Assembly (NCBI GenBank): GCA_965204745.1
Contig: OZ242010.1
Location: 1,376,001 to 1,440,000 of the forward strand
DNA: 64,000 nt
Direction of reading: 5' to 3'
From: Candidatus Latescibacterota bacterium
GTDB lineage: Bacteria; Latescibacterota; UBA2968
Below, in pieces: positions 19,701 to 28,467 of the stretch; positions within the stretch are counted from its first letter, which is position 1, and every line of letters starts with the position of its first letter. The notes beneath the pieces were generated by a model. That model made no database searches and was not told where the DNA came from. It worked only from the letters and a program-made list of their open reading frames with translations. The position numbers and the translations under genes were made by a program.

Positions 19701-20364
19701 TTTTTGCCATCCGGTGATGACCAGTCCACAAGAATCCCGCCGTATCGCCATCGACCCGGCAGAACTGCCGCGGCGGTTGTTTATGTGCCATGAGAACAAG
19801 GCGACACTGGTTGGCACGGGAGCATTGGCGTATATCGAATGGGGCGAGGCACAGGGGTATCACCAGCGGCGGAGCGTCGCCTCGCGGCGACGGTGGTATG
19901 ACTTGGGCAATAACCTTGATACGAAGCTGGCTTTGGGTTGCCGGGTGGACACGACAAGCCGTACAATGCTAGCAGTCGACGGTCTATGCTTTGACAAGGC
20001 ATTTTACAAGATAGATAGTGGAAAGTTACCGACTGTGCAGATGTGCGCGGTGCTAAACTCGACAATGACCCAACTTATGATTAACATAGAAGGGCGGGCA
20101 AATTTCGGTGGGGGCCTGCTAGAAATTGTGGTTTATGAAACGGCGCACTTGGCTGTTTTGAACCCGTCGCTACTGCCTGCGTTGGATGCGGAGCTATTCG
20201 CCTCCTCAGATTGGGATGTGCTGACGCCATCGCCGGAGCGTCGGCACATTGACGACGCCGTGTTCGATGCGTTGGCGTTGACAGCGGGCGAGCGCGAGGC
20301 GGTATATGCCGGCGTTGCCGAGTTGGTGAACAACCGGAAGCAACGGGCGCGGGTAACTGTCTGA
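16735..20364 (+). CDS. Eco57I/type IIG-like N6-adenine DNA methyltransferase with C-terminal target-recognition region
   Basis: LLGKVFENLL, TGSYYTP, LDPAVGSGAFP (motif I), GVDIQ, IGNPPY (motif IV), DLYCYF. Confidence 0.9.
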   Translation: MNNNIREQIGHALGALADGDFVVGARDMLAVLGYESTRTLDISGRVNDFISQFPAPNENTQTEQVFRENAQSVRILFQVTDTEIAAQNTLFDTDDFDRGNARSFLFVAVAVNGASYSRGQYATFTREINKRINVPTVVLFKTATDLLTLSFVHRREHKRDSNRDVLGHVSLIREIDPITPHRAHLDILSDLSLPQRLAWMNAYDKPHNFDGLLTAWLNALDTEVLNRRFYGDLFGWFERAIREATFPSSRQKRTLPPEEHIIRLITRLMFVWFIKEKRLIATDLFIEERIASLLKNYDRDAGDSYYRAVLQNLFFATLNTKKNSRGFSQGSNATHRDFSRYRYENEIATPDQLLGLFKQTPFINGGLFDCLDSEAGTRAGGYRIDCFTDNPAQRRDYSIPNRLFFDDDGLIPLFNRYKFTVEENTPVEQEVALDPELLGKVFENLLAAYNPETRDTARKQTGSYYTPRPVVDYMVDEALVATLAQACSPSDSDTDFWQDRLRYLLDYEDAFNDAHELFEEGETAGIVRAISEIKVLDPAVGSGAFPMGMLHKMAMALRRLDPDNQRWATLQKERARTKADAAFDTKNQRERDAELLAISETFERYSGDFGRKLYLIQNSIFGVDIQPIATQIAKLRFFISLAIEQEPNEDADNFGIKPLPNLETRFIAADTLMQLKAADQLDLFRQQIDALQTKLTENRERHFHATTRPKKLACRDADNQLRRALAGELNSAGLPEDDAKKITHWDPYDQNAKADWFDPEYMFGIADGFNIVIGNPPYVRQENIGPHKSSILALYSNAATARSDLYCYFYARGLQLLRDGGMHVFVCSNSWLDVGYGAKLQDLLLKNAHIQAIYESAVERQFSTADINTIISVIRKTTANDDDATRFVHLLESFEAAVAEGGKRREIVKSREELIAAATNPQSKKFIGDKWGGKYLRAPNIYHAILNKCADKLVRLGDIAKVRRGITTGANDFFYLTRDRIAGFGIEPDFCHPVMTSPQESRRIAIDPAELPRRLFMCHENKATLVGTGALAYIEWGEAQGYHQRRSVASRRRWYDLGNNLDTKLALGCRVDTTSRTMLAVDGLCFDKAFYKIDSGKLPTVQMCAVLNSTMTQLMINIEGRANFGGGLLEIVVYETAHLAVLNPSLLPALDAELFASSDWDVLTPSPERRHIDDAVFDALALTAGEREAVYAGVAELVNNRKQRARVTV

Positions 20365-20549
20365 ATCGCGGATTAAACGGATTACGCGGATGAACGCGGA
20401 TTGGGTTAGCAGGTAGGGCGGAGGGCGCAGATGGCATAGACGCCGCAAGTGGGGCAAAGGGCGCAGGTGGTGCGAAAGACACAGCGGGGGCAGGGGGTAG
20501 CGGGGTAATCCGTGCAATCCCCAAATCCGCGTAATCCGCGATTCAGACA
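20358..20549. repeat. Palindromic intergenic element 2
   Basis: TGTCTGAATCGCGGATT...AATCCGCGATTCAGACA; interior homologous to element 1. Confidence 0.85.
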
Positions 20550-20562
20550 AGAGGAGGACAAC

Positions 20563-22395
20563 ATGAGCGAACCACTTAAAATTTTCATTACCTATGCACA
20601 TAGGAATACATCAGAAAAAGAAGAATTGAAAACACGCCTTACTTTCATGGAGCAACAAGACGAGATAACGATCTGGCACGACAACGAAATTCTTCCGGGC
20701 GACAGATGGCGGGAAGCAATTTCCAATAATCTCGCTGAATCGGACATTTTGCTTTACCTCGTCTCCGCTGATAGCCTTGTCTCCGAGAACTGCAACAAGG
20801 AATTGTCCGAAGCTATAAAAAATACGGACAAAAATATAATCATCCCTATCATACTTGAGGATTGCGATTGGCAACAACATCAACTTAGCAATTTTCAAGC
20901 CCTTCCTGACAGAGGCAAGCCGATTAACGAATGGCAACCTGAGAGCACAGGTTGGCAACGTGTCGTAAAGGGGATCCGAAAAGTTGTAAAAAATATTGTT
21001 GATTCCCGGGGAAAAGTCACCTCCGATCAACAAGATGCAAAAGAACAGTTGGCGGGTTTAGGCCGACAACATCTACTATCCATGGGCAACTTTAGGATGA
21101 TGTTGGGGCAAGTGGAAGTAGCCGTAGAAACCTATTCGTATGCAATCAAACTGCAACCGAATTTTGCTGAAGCCTATAACAACCGCGGCGTTGCTTATAG
21201 CGACAAAGGCAAACTTGACCAAGCGATACAAGACTTCAATGAGGCCATAAAACTGAAACCAGATTATGCCGATGCCTATTACAATCGCGGCATTGCTTAC
21301 GTCAAAAAAGATGACTTAGCCCAGGCGATACAAGACTTCAATGAAGCCATAAAACTGAAACCAGATTTTGCCGATGCCTATAACAACCGCGGCTTTGCTT
21401 ACGCCAAAAAAGGCAACTTTGAACAGGCGATACAAGACTACAATGAGGCGATAGAACTGGAGCCAAACTATGCTGAAGCCTATTTCAATCGGGGCATTGC
21501 TTACAGGATCAAAGGCAACTTTGAACAGGCGATACAAGACTTTAATGAGGCGATAGAACTGGAGCCAGATTTTGCCGATGCCTATAACAATCGCGGCATT
21601 TCTTACAGCAACAAAGGCGAATTTGACCAAGCGATACAAGACTACAACAAAGCCGTAGAACTCAATCCGAATGATGCTGAAGCCTATAACAACCGCGGCG
21701 ATGCTTACAGCAACAAAGGCGAATTTGACCAAGCGATACAAGACTTTAATGAGGCGATAGAACTGGAGTCAGATTTTGCCGAAGCCTATTACAATCGCGG
21801 CATTGCTTACAGCAACAAAGGCGAATTTGACCAAGCGATACAAGACTACAGCAAGGCCATAGAACTGGAGTCAGATTTTGCTGAAGCCTATTACAATCGT
21901 GGCGTTGCTTACGGCAACAAAGGCGAATTTGACCAAGCGATACAAGATTACAACAAAGCCGTGGAACTCCATCCGAATGATGCTGAAGCCTATTACAACC
22001 GCGGCGATGCTTACAGGATCAAAGGCAACTTTGAACAGGCGATACAAGACTACACCAAAGCGATAGAACTCAACCCGAATGATGCCTATGCCTATAACAA
22101 CCGCGGCAATGCTTACAGGATCAAAGGCAAACTTGATCAAGCGATACAAGACTTTAATGAGGCCATAGAATTGAAGCCAGATTTTGCTGGAGCCTATTTC
22201 AATCGGGGCTACACTTGGTTACATTTGGGCGAATGGGAAAAGGCCAGAGCAGACTTGACCACCGCCAAGAATATGGGTATGGACATTGCCGATTTCTTTC
22301 GTGCCGACCACAAGAGCGTTGCGGACTTTGAGCGGAAATACGACCTTGAGTTGCCGGAAGACATCGCGGACATGTTGACGGGGGAAACTGTCTGA
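20563..22395 (+). CDS. TIR-domain protein with about 11-12 TPR repeats
   Basis: KIFITYAH...IWHD.EILPGD.W...LVSADSL.SENC.KEL (TIR_2) then 34-aa AYxNRG repeats; GAGGAG RBS before ATG 20563. Confidence 0.9.
   Translation: MSEPLKIFITYAHRNTSEKEELKTRLTFMEQQDEITIWHDNEILPGDRWREAISNNLAESDILLYLVSADSLVSENCNKELSEAIKNTDKNIIIPIILEDCDWQQHQLSNFQALPDRGKPINEWQPESTGWQRVVKGIRKVVKNIVDSRGKVTSDQQDAKEQLAGLGRQHLLSMGNFRMMLGQVEVAVETYSYAIKLQPNFAEAYNNRGVAYSDKGKLDQAIQDFNEAIKLKPDYADAYYNRGIAYVKKDDLAQAIQDFNEAIKLKPDFADAYNNRGFAYAKKGNFEQAIQDYNEAIELEPNYAEAYFNRGIAYRIKGNFEQAIQDFNEAIELEPDFADAYNNRGISYSNKGEFDQAIQDYNKAVELNPNDAEAYNNRGDAYSNKGEFDQAIQDFNEAIELESDFAEAYYNRGIAYSNKGEFDQAIQDYSKAIELESDFAEAYYNRGVAYGNKGEFDQAIQDYNKAVELHPNDAEAYYNRGDAYRIKGNFEQAIQDYTKAIELNPNDAYAYNNRGNAYRIKGKLDQAIQDFNEAIELKPDFAGAYFNRGYTWLHLGEWEKARADLTTAKNMGMDIADFFRADHKSVADFERKYDLELPEDIADMLTGETV
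21163..22260 (+). repeat. 102-bp tandem DNA repeats encoding TPR units
   Basis: Recurrent gcctat.acaa.cgcggc / gcgatacaagac at 102-bp period. Confidence 0.85.
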
Positions 22396-22613
22396 AGCGC
22401 GGATTAAACGGATTACGCGGATGAACGCGGATTGGGTTGGCAGACAGAGCAGAGGGCGCAGATGACACAGACGCCGTAAGTGGGGCAGAGGACGCGGATT
22501 GGGGAAGCGCAGGTAGGGCAAAGGTCGCAGGTGACACGAAAGACACAGCGGGGGCAGGGGGTAGCGGGGTAATCCGCGAAATCCTTAAATCCGCGTAATC
22601 CGCGATTCAGACA
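22389..22613. repeat. Palindromic intergenic element 3
   Basis: TGTCTGAAGCGCGGATT...AATCCGCGATTCAGACA. Confidence 0.85.
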
Positions 22614-22624
22614 AGGAAAATAAA

Positions 22625-22858
22625 ATGCGGAACATCAAAGCCAAATTTTTTGAAGGCGTGCTCATACCGCAGGAGAGGCTCGACCTCAAAGAAGGCGCGG
22701 ATGTGGTTATAGCTATCACAGGCCCGCCGCCGGATCGCACCCTTGAGACGCTGCGAGCAACAGCGGGGGCGTGGAAGGGAACACATGATCCAGAAGCATT
22801 GAAACAGGCCATCTACACTGGCCGGCGCACCCTCTCTCGGCCTCAACCAAAGTTGTAA
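22625..22858 (+). CDS. Antitoxin, AF2212/DUF104-like
   Basis: IKAKFFEGVLIPQERLDLKEG.VVI pattern; directly upstream of a PIN toxin. Confidence 0.75.
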   Translation: MRNIKAKFFEGVLIPQERLDLKEGADVVIAITGPPPDRTLETLRATAGAWKGTHDPEALKQAIYTGRRTLSRPQPKL

Positions 22859-22861
22859 TGT

Positions 22862-23247
22862 ATGCAATATCTCGTAGATACAGATTGGGTCATTGACCAC
22901 CTACACGGCCGCGAGCGAGTGGTCAGACAGCTCGAGGAACTCGAACCGGAAGGTATCGGCTTAAGCGTCGTGTCGCTAGCCGAACTTTACGAGGGCGTGT
23001 TCTATTCTACGACGCCTCAAGACAACGAAAAGGCACTTCAGGATTTCCTATACGGCGTTGAGGTCTTGACACTAAATGACGACATCTGCCGGATATTTGC
23101 CCAGGAAAGAGGCAGGTTGAGGACCGCCGGCCTTCTCATCGGCGACTTTGACCTTCTGCTACTGCGATATGCTATGGCCTCACGTTGCTCACCAATAATC
23201 GCCGACACTTTGAACGCTTGGATGGATTGTCCATCATTTCTGTTTAG
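22862..23247 (+). pseudogene. vapC: VapC/PIN toxin, frameshifted near 23156
   Basis: YLVDTD...SLAELYEG...IGDFDLL, then the expected tail ATAICYGLTLLTNNRRHFERLDGLSIISV* lies in another frame ending TAG 23245-23247. Confidence 0.8.
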
Positions 23248-23271
23248 GCAAGGTGTGAAGGGTGGTGGGTT

Positions 23272-23494
23272 TAATCCGCGTAATCCCCAAATCCGTGAAA
23301 ATCCGCGATCCAGACAAGGGGGCAGAGGACGCAGATTGGACAGCGCAGGTGGTGCGAAGGACATAGCGGCGATGTAGGGCGGTGGGCCGGTCTCGCCTCT
23401 TACCTCTTGCCTCTTACTCGGGGATAGGGCTTGCGGTAGGGCGGCGGGGTAATCCGCGTAATCCCCAAATCCGCGTAATCCGCGATCCAGACAA
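23272..23494. repeat. Two right-hand halves of the palindromic element (AATCCGCGATCCAGACAA) before glnD
   Basis: Motif at about 23300-23317 and 23477-23494. Confidence 0.75.
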
Positions 23495-23508
23495 ATAAGG
23501 ATGATTCA

Positions 23509-26211
23509 ATGACCAAACAAACAGCCGCAAACCGGGCGGAGATGGCCGCGTCTGAGACTTTGAACCGCGAATTGATCGCGGCGAGAAAAACGTGTTTATC
23601 GGGCGCGTGGGCAGGAGAACGCCTGTCGCGGTTGCGCGCGTACCTCGATACCACTTGGGAACGCATTTACGCGGATCACCGCCGCGGGGCATCGGGCGGC
23701 GAGGTGGTTGCCGCGTTGACGCAGCGCGTGGATGTTCTCATCGGCGCGCTCTATGCAGAAGCGGTTGCGGAACACGGCGCGCAAGCCGGGTTTGCGGTTC
23801 TCGCCCAAGGGGGCTATGGCCGGGGCGCGCTCAATCCCTGGTCGGACATCGACCTGTTGTTTCTCTTTCGCAGAAAAGTCAATGAAAAGGACCCCATCAC
23901 GCGGGCCATTCTCCACACCTTGTGGGATTTGCGCTTTGAAGTGGGGTACAGCACGCGCACCCTGTCCGATTGCATCATCGCGGCGCAAGGCGATACGGAC
24001 TCGCTCACCGCCATGCTCGAAACGCGCCATCTCGTGGGCGATGCGGCATTGGAATGCCAACTGCGAGACGCGCTCGCACGTCGATTCTTTGGCAGGCGCG
24101 CGCGCGGTTTTGTCACGCAAAAAATGCGGGAACGGACGCAGCGACACAGCCGATCCAAGTTCTCCACGCAACTCCTCGAACCCAATGTCAAAGAAAGCCC
24201 GGGCGGGTTGCGCGATGTTCACACCGCGGGTTGGTTCTCGATGGCGAGACGCGGCCTTCGCGCGCCCGAGGGGTTGCGCGAAAGCCATGTGCTCACGCGC
24301 AGAAATTATCGCCTGTACATGGATGCGTTTGATTTTCTGCTGCGCGTTCGCAATGAATTGCACTTTCACACGGGCAAATACTTCGACGTGCTCGAGCACG
24401 ACCTCCAACCGGCGATTGCAAAAAACCTGGGGTACGAAGACCGGGGCAATGAATTGGGGGTCGAACACTTTATGCGCTCCTACTACGCGCATGCGCGGGT
24501 TGTGAAACACCTGTGCGACCTGATCTGCGAACGCCTCAAAGGTCAATCCTCCGCAGGTCGGGCCGTGGGCCTGCTCGTGCGTAGGCAACTCGACGACGGC
24601 TCTGTATTGCACCACACGCACATTGCCTTGCCCAAAAAGAGACGCGGTTTTTTCCAGGACGCGCCCCATCGCCTCCTCTCGCTTTTTCTCAATGCACAGC
24701 GGTTTGGCGTTCCCCTCAATGAAGCGGCCAAACAAGCGGTCAAAGACCACCTCGACCTCATCGACGACGCGTTTCGGTCGTCCGAGCGCGCGCGCTGTGT
24801 TTTTCTCGACATCTTGCACGCGCCCGGGGGCATTGGCGCGACTTGGCGCGCCATGCACGAACTCGATATTTTGGGTACTTACGTGCCCGAGTTTGGCAGC
24901 CTGACCTGCCTGGTGCAGTACAACCGCTATCACATCTACACCGCCGACGAACACACCTTGGTCGCGGTGGAGCATCTCGATCACCTCGCGCGGTCGCCGG
25001 CTTTGCCCGACAGCGTGCAGCATCTCAGGCGCGTGTACAATGAAATTTCGAGAAAGGAACTCCTCTATCTCGCGATGTTGATGCACGATGTGGGGAAATC
25101 CGTGCGCGGCGAGGATCACAGCGTTGTGGGGGCAGAGATGACCCGGCGTTTTCTCGACCGCCTGCGCTTGCCGGATGAGCATGTCAAAACCGTCGTTTTT
25201 CTCGTGCGCGAGCACCTCACGATGGCGAGCATTTCGCAGCGGCGCGACTTGGCTGACCAGCGCATGATCCGCGAATTTGCCAGCAGATTTTCCCATCCCG
25301 ACGTGTTGCGGATGCTCTACGTGCTGACCTACGCGGACTTGTCTGCGGCCACGCACACCGCTTGGACCTCGTGGAAGAGCCACCTCTTGCGCGAACTGTA
25401 CGAAAAGACCTTTGCGACCCTCACGCAGAGCGCGTCTGCGGACTTGGAGCGGCCGGAAGAACGAGAGATTTGGGAAATCCTCACCGCACTGGAAACGCGC
25501 ATCCCCCGCCAGACCTTGGTCGAGCACCTCAACAACATGCCGCCGCGCTACCCCGAGCAAAATGGCCCGGAGGAAATCGCACGGCACTTGCACCTCATCA
25601 ACGCGATGGGGGCGTCGCTAGTCGCGGTCAGCGTCCAACCGAGCGGAACATTTTCGGAAATCGCGGTTTGCACGCGCGACCACCCCTTTCGCCTGTCCGA
25701 GATTTGCGGGGTGTTGGCAACGCGGGACATCGACATTTTTAACGCGCACGCGTACACGCGCAGAGATGGCACGGTGATCGACATTTTCCAAGTCACCCGG
25801 AGGGACGATTCAGAGGATCACCTCGCACTCCAAGCGCGCATTCAGCAAACCCTCACGGATGTTTTTCAACAAAAAGTGCGCGTATCCGATTTGTTCGACC
25901 ACCACACCCGGCGGTGGGCACTGCGGCGGCGGCCCGCCATTCCCATCGCCCCGAAGATCGCATTTGAGAATGCCGTGTCGGCGCGTTATACCGTCATCGA
26001 CATCAGCGCGCGAGACGCCACCGGGTTGCTGTACACCATCACGCGGACCTTGTCCGAACTCGGCTTGGATATTTACACGGCGCGCATTGGCACGCAAGGC
26101 GACCGCGCTGTCGATGCTTTTTACGTGCGGAAAAATGGCACTAAGATCACGGACGCCGCGGAGATTGAACACATCACTCGATCTCTGATTCGGGCGATTG
26201 GGAAGTTGTGA
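23509..26211 (+). CDS. glnD: [Protein-PII] uridylyltransferase GlnD
   Basis: AQGGYGRG.L.PWSDIDLL, EPNVKESPGGLRD, YHIYTADEHT, MHDVGK (HD), two C-terminal ACT domains. Confidence 0.95.
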   Translation: MTKQTAANRAEMAASETLNRELIAARKTCLSGAWAGERLSRLRAYLDTTWERIYADHRRGASGGEVVAALTQRVDVLIGALYAEAVAEHGAQAGFAVLAQGGYGRGALNPWSDIDLLFLFRRKVNEKDPITRAILHTLWDLRFEVGYSTRTLSDCIIAAQGDTDSLTAMLETRHLVGDAALECQLRDALARRFFGRRARGFVTQKMRERTQRHSRSKFSTQLLEPNVKESPGGLRDVHTAGWFSMARRGLRAPEGLRESHVLTRRNYRLYMDAFDFLLRVRNELHFHTGKYFDVLEHDLQPAIAKNLGYEDRGNELGVEHFMRSYYAHARVVKHLCDLICERLKGQSSAGRAVGLLVRRQLDDGSVLHHTHIALPKKRRGFFQDAPHRLLSLFLNAQRFGVPLNEAAKQAVKDHLDLIDDAFRSSERARCVFLDILHAPGGIGATWRAMHELDILGTYVPEFGSLTCLVQYNRYHIYTADEHTLVAVEHLDHLARSPALPDSVQHLRRVYNEISRKELLYLAMLMHDVGKSVRGEDHSVVGAEMTRRFLDRLRLPDEHVKTVVFLVREHLTMASISQRRDLADQRMIREFASRFSHPDVLRMLYVLTYADLSAATHTAWTSWKSHLLRELYEKTFATLTQSASADLERPEEREIWEILTALETRIPRQTLVEHLNNMPPRYPEQNGPEEIARHLHLINAMGASLVAVSVQPSGTFSEIAVCTRDHPFRLSEICGVLATRDIDIFNAHAYTRRDGTVIDIFQVTRRDDSEDHLALQARIQQTLTDVFQQKVRVSDLFDHHTRRWALRRRPAIPIAPKIAFENAVSARYTVIDISARDATGLLYTITRTLSELGLDIYTARIGTQGDRAVDAFYVRKNGTKITDAAEIEHITRSLIRAIGKL

Positions 26212-26329
26212 AAAGAATTGTAGGCTACGCCTACGAGGAAGGGAAAGATCCGGAGGGGGACATCCATCGCTTTGGGCGGACGGGTGGGGACTGACCACTG
26301 ACCACTGACTACTGACCACTGACGCACGG

Positions 26330-27067
26330 TCAAATCGGCCTTCGCGCCAAGCTAAATGTCTGCGCTGTCGGGCCGCCATCTAATTGGGTGGCTAGAAAGA
26401 GCGCGAGAGGGACCACATCTTCTGGGGCCTTGATCACTTCGCTCGGCGCGAAAGGCGGGGGGCCGCCCACCTGCATGCGGTCCTGCGTGAGATGCGTGGC
26501 AACCGGGCCGGGGATGAGTTCGTTGACCGTGATATTGTGTTCCCACACTTCTTCTGCCAAGCACTGGGTCAGCATCCACATGCCGGCCTTGCCGACGTGA
26601 TAGGCCGAGCTGTTCGGCGTGGGACGGTGGCCCATGCCCGAACCCATGTTGATCACGCGGCCCCCGCCCGCGTCGATCATCAGCGGCAACAGGGCACGAG
26701 AGACCAGGTACGCGCTGATGCAATTCACCGTGACATCCGCGATCCAAAGCTCCGGATCGCTGTCGAGAATGCGGGCGCGCTCAATGCCTCCGCCCGCGTT
26801 GTTGACGAGGATATCGAGGCGACCGTATTCCGTGCGGACAGTTTCGGCCAGCGCATCCACGCTTGCGCGATCCGTGACATCGGTTTGCGCGGTCAAGGCG
26901 CGACAGCCAAGGGCGCGAATCTCTGCGGCGACCGCATCGAGTTGTTCGGCCGTCCGTGCGGCGAGCACGAGGTTCGCGCCTTCTCGGGCAAAGGCAATGG
27001 CGATGGCCCGACCAATCCCGCGCCCACTGCCCGTCACCAAAGCGATTTTCCCAGCGAGTTTTGACAT
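26330..27067 (-). CDS. Short-chain dehydrogenase/reductase
   Basis: TGSGRGIG, LVNNAG, YHVGK (YxxxK). Confidence 0.92.
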   Translation of the reverse strand: MSKLAGKIALVTGSGRGIGRAIAIAFAREGANLVLAARTAEQLDAVAAEIRALGCRALTAQTDVTDRASVDALAETVRTEYGRLDILVNNAGGGIERARILDSDPELWIADVTVNCISAYLVSRALLPLMIDAGGGRVINMGSGMGHRPTPNSSAYHVGKAGMWMLTQCLAEEVWEHNITVNELIPGPVATHLTQDRMQVGGPPPFAPSEVIKAPEDVVPLALFLATQLDGGPTAQTFSLARRPI

Positions 27068-27088
27068 AAGCGATCTCCTTGTGCTGTT

Positions 27089-28210
27089 TTACCAATCGAT
27101 CACGGACCCGTCGTCCGGGTGATAGGATTTTCGATTGGTCCAGTCGTGGTCGATTTTGTCTTCCATTTTGTCGTCGTCGAGTTCGATCCCCAAGCCCGGG
27201 CCTTTGGGCAGGGCCACGTACCCATCCGCAAATTGAAACGGTTCTTTGAGATAATCCTCGCCAAACATGGTGTGTTCTTGCGCGAGGAAATTGGGGATGC
27301 TCGCGTCGAGTTGGATGCAGGCGGCCAATGAAATCGGACCGAGCGGGCAATGCGGGGCAACGGCTGCGTAATAGGATTCGGCCATGCCCGCGATAAGGCG
27401 CGTCTCAAAAATGCCGCCCGCGTGCGACAAGTCGGGTTGCACGATGGAACACGCGCGTTTTTCCAACAAATCGCGGAACCCCCACTTGGTAAAAACGCGC
27501 TCGCCCGTCGCAATGGGCAAATGGGTCTTGCGGGCGAGTTCGGCCATCCCCTCCACATCTTGGCACTGAATCGGCTCTTCGACAAACATCGGCTGGTACG
27601 GCTCGAGGGCCTTGATGAGCACCGCCGCAGTTTGCGGGGAAACCGCGCCGTGAAAGTCGATGGCAATGTCGAAATCCGCGCCCCCGGCTTCGCGCATCGC
27701 AGCAAAGGTCTTGACCGCGTGGTCGATAAAGGCCGGATTTTCGACAATGCGCGGCGGCCGGATTTTGGCCGGCCCGGTCTTGATGGCAATAAACCCCTGT
27801 GCCTTGCGCTCTTTGACCGCGGCCGCGGCCTGTTCGGGTGTGCTCGCGCCCGTGCCCTTGTACATCTTGATGCGGTCGCGCAAAGGCCCGCCGAGCATCT
27901 CGTAAACCGGCATGCCCGCTGCTTTGCCCGCGAGATCCCACAGGGCTTGCTCCACGCCGGACAGGGCACTGGTGAGAATGGGCCCGCCGCGATAAAATGC
28001 GTGGCGATACATGGCCTGCCAGTGATGCACCACGCGCCGCGGGTCTTTGCCGATGAGATAGGGCGCGAGTTCGGCCACGGCTTGCGCGCATGTGCGGGCG
28101 CGGCCTTCGAGGATGGGCTCTCCCAGGCCGACGAGGCCCTCGTCCGTGTGCATCTTCAAAAACAACCAGCGCGGCTTGACGAGAAAGGTTTCGAGTTTTG
28201 TGATTTTCAT
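27089..28210 (-). CDS. dgoD: Galactonate dehydratase (mandelate racemase family)
   Basis: PRWLFLK, HAFYRGGPILTSALSG, DFHG, FVEEP, ATGER, QPDLSHAGG, APHCPLGPI. Confidence 0.88.
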   Translation of the reverse strand: MKITKLETFLVKPRWLFLKMHTDEGLVGLGEPILEGRARTCAQAVAELAPYLIGKDPRRVVHHWQAMYRHAFYRGGPILTSALSGVEQALWDLAGKAAGMPVYEMLGGPLRDRIKMYKGTGASTPEQAAAAVKERKAQGFIAIKTGPAKIRPPRIVENPAFIDHAVKTFAAMREAGGADFDIAIDFHGAVSPQTAAVLIKALEPYQPMFVEEPIQCQDVEGMAELARKTHLPIATGERVFTKWGFRDLLEKRACSIVQPDLSHAGGIFETRLIAGMAESYYAAVAPHCPLGPISLAACIQLDASIPNFLAQEHTMFGEDYLKEPFQFADGYVALPKGPGLGIELDDDKMEDKIDHDWTNRKSYHPDDGSVIDW

Positions 28211-28320
28211 GATAGCTCCTTGAAGCGGTCAGCGGTCAGCAATGCGTCAATATAAAAATGTAGGGTATAGCGTGCAACCACTGATTAACGCTACAACTGC
28301 CTCATCATCGCCTCTCCCCT

Positions 28321-28467
28321 CTTGTATCTTTGGGCGAGCACGGGGACATCGCCCAAAAAGGTGAGAGGTGAGAGGCAAGACGGGAGAAGACCTACACTCA
28401 CTGCTCGCCTTTGAACAGGCTGTCGCCAGTTGTACCCCGCTCGTGCCTTTTGCGGCTAACCCCCTCT
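28321..28467 (+). repeat. Dispersed REP-containing unit starting CT-TGTATCTT
   Basis: Homologues at 45855-45963, 50501-50636, 33636-33735 (inverted), partial 13040-13085 (inverted) and about 58167-58200. Confidence 0.75.

Noticed and set aside
17311-19863. Long antisense ORFs (850 aa here; also 13378-15345, 23596-25593, 60115-61974, 11745-12719)
   Set aside because: Shadows on the opposite strand of well-supported GC-rich genes, with no recognisable motifs
16350-23494. Classical integron attC sites
   Set aside because: Left ends are preceded by AAC but right ends lack the complementary GTTRRRY, elements are longer than typical attC, and no integrase is in the window; kept only as a cassette-like observation
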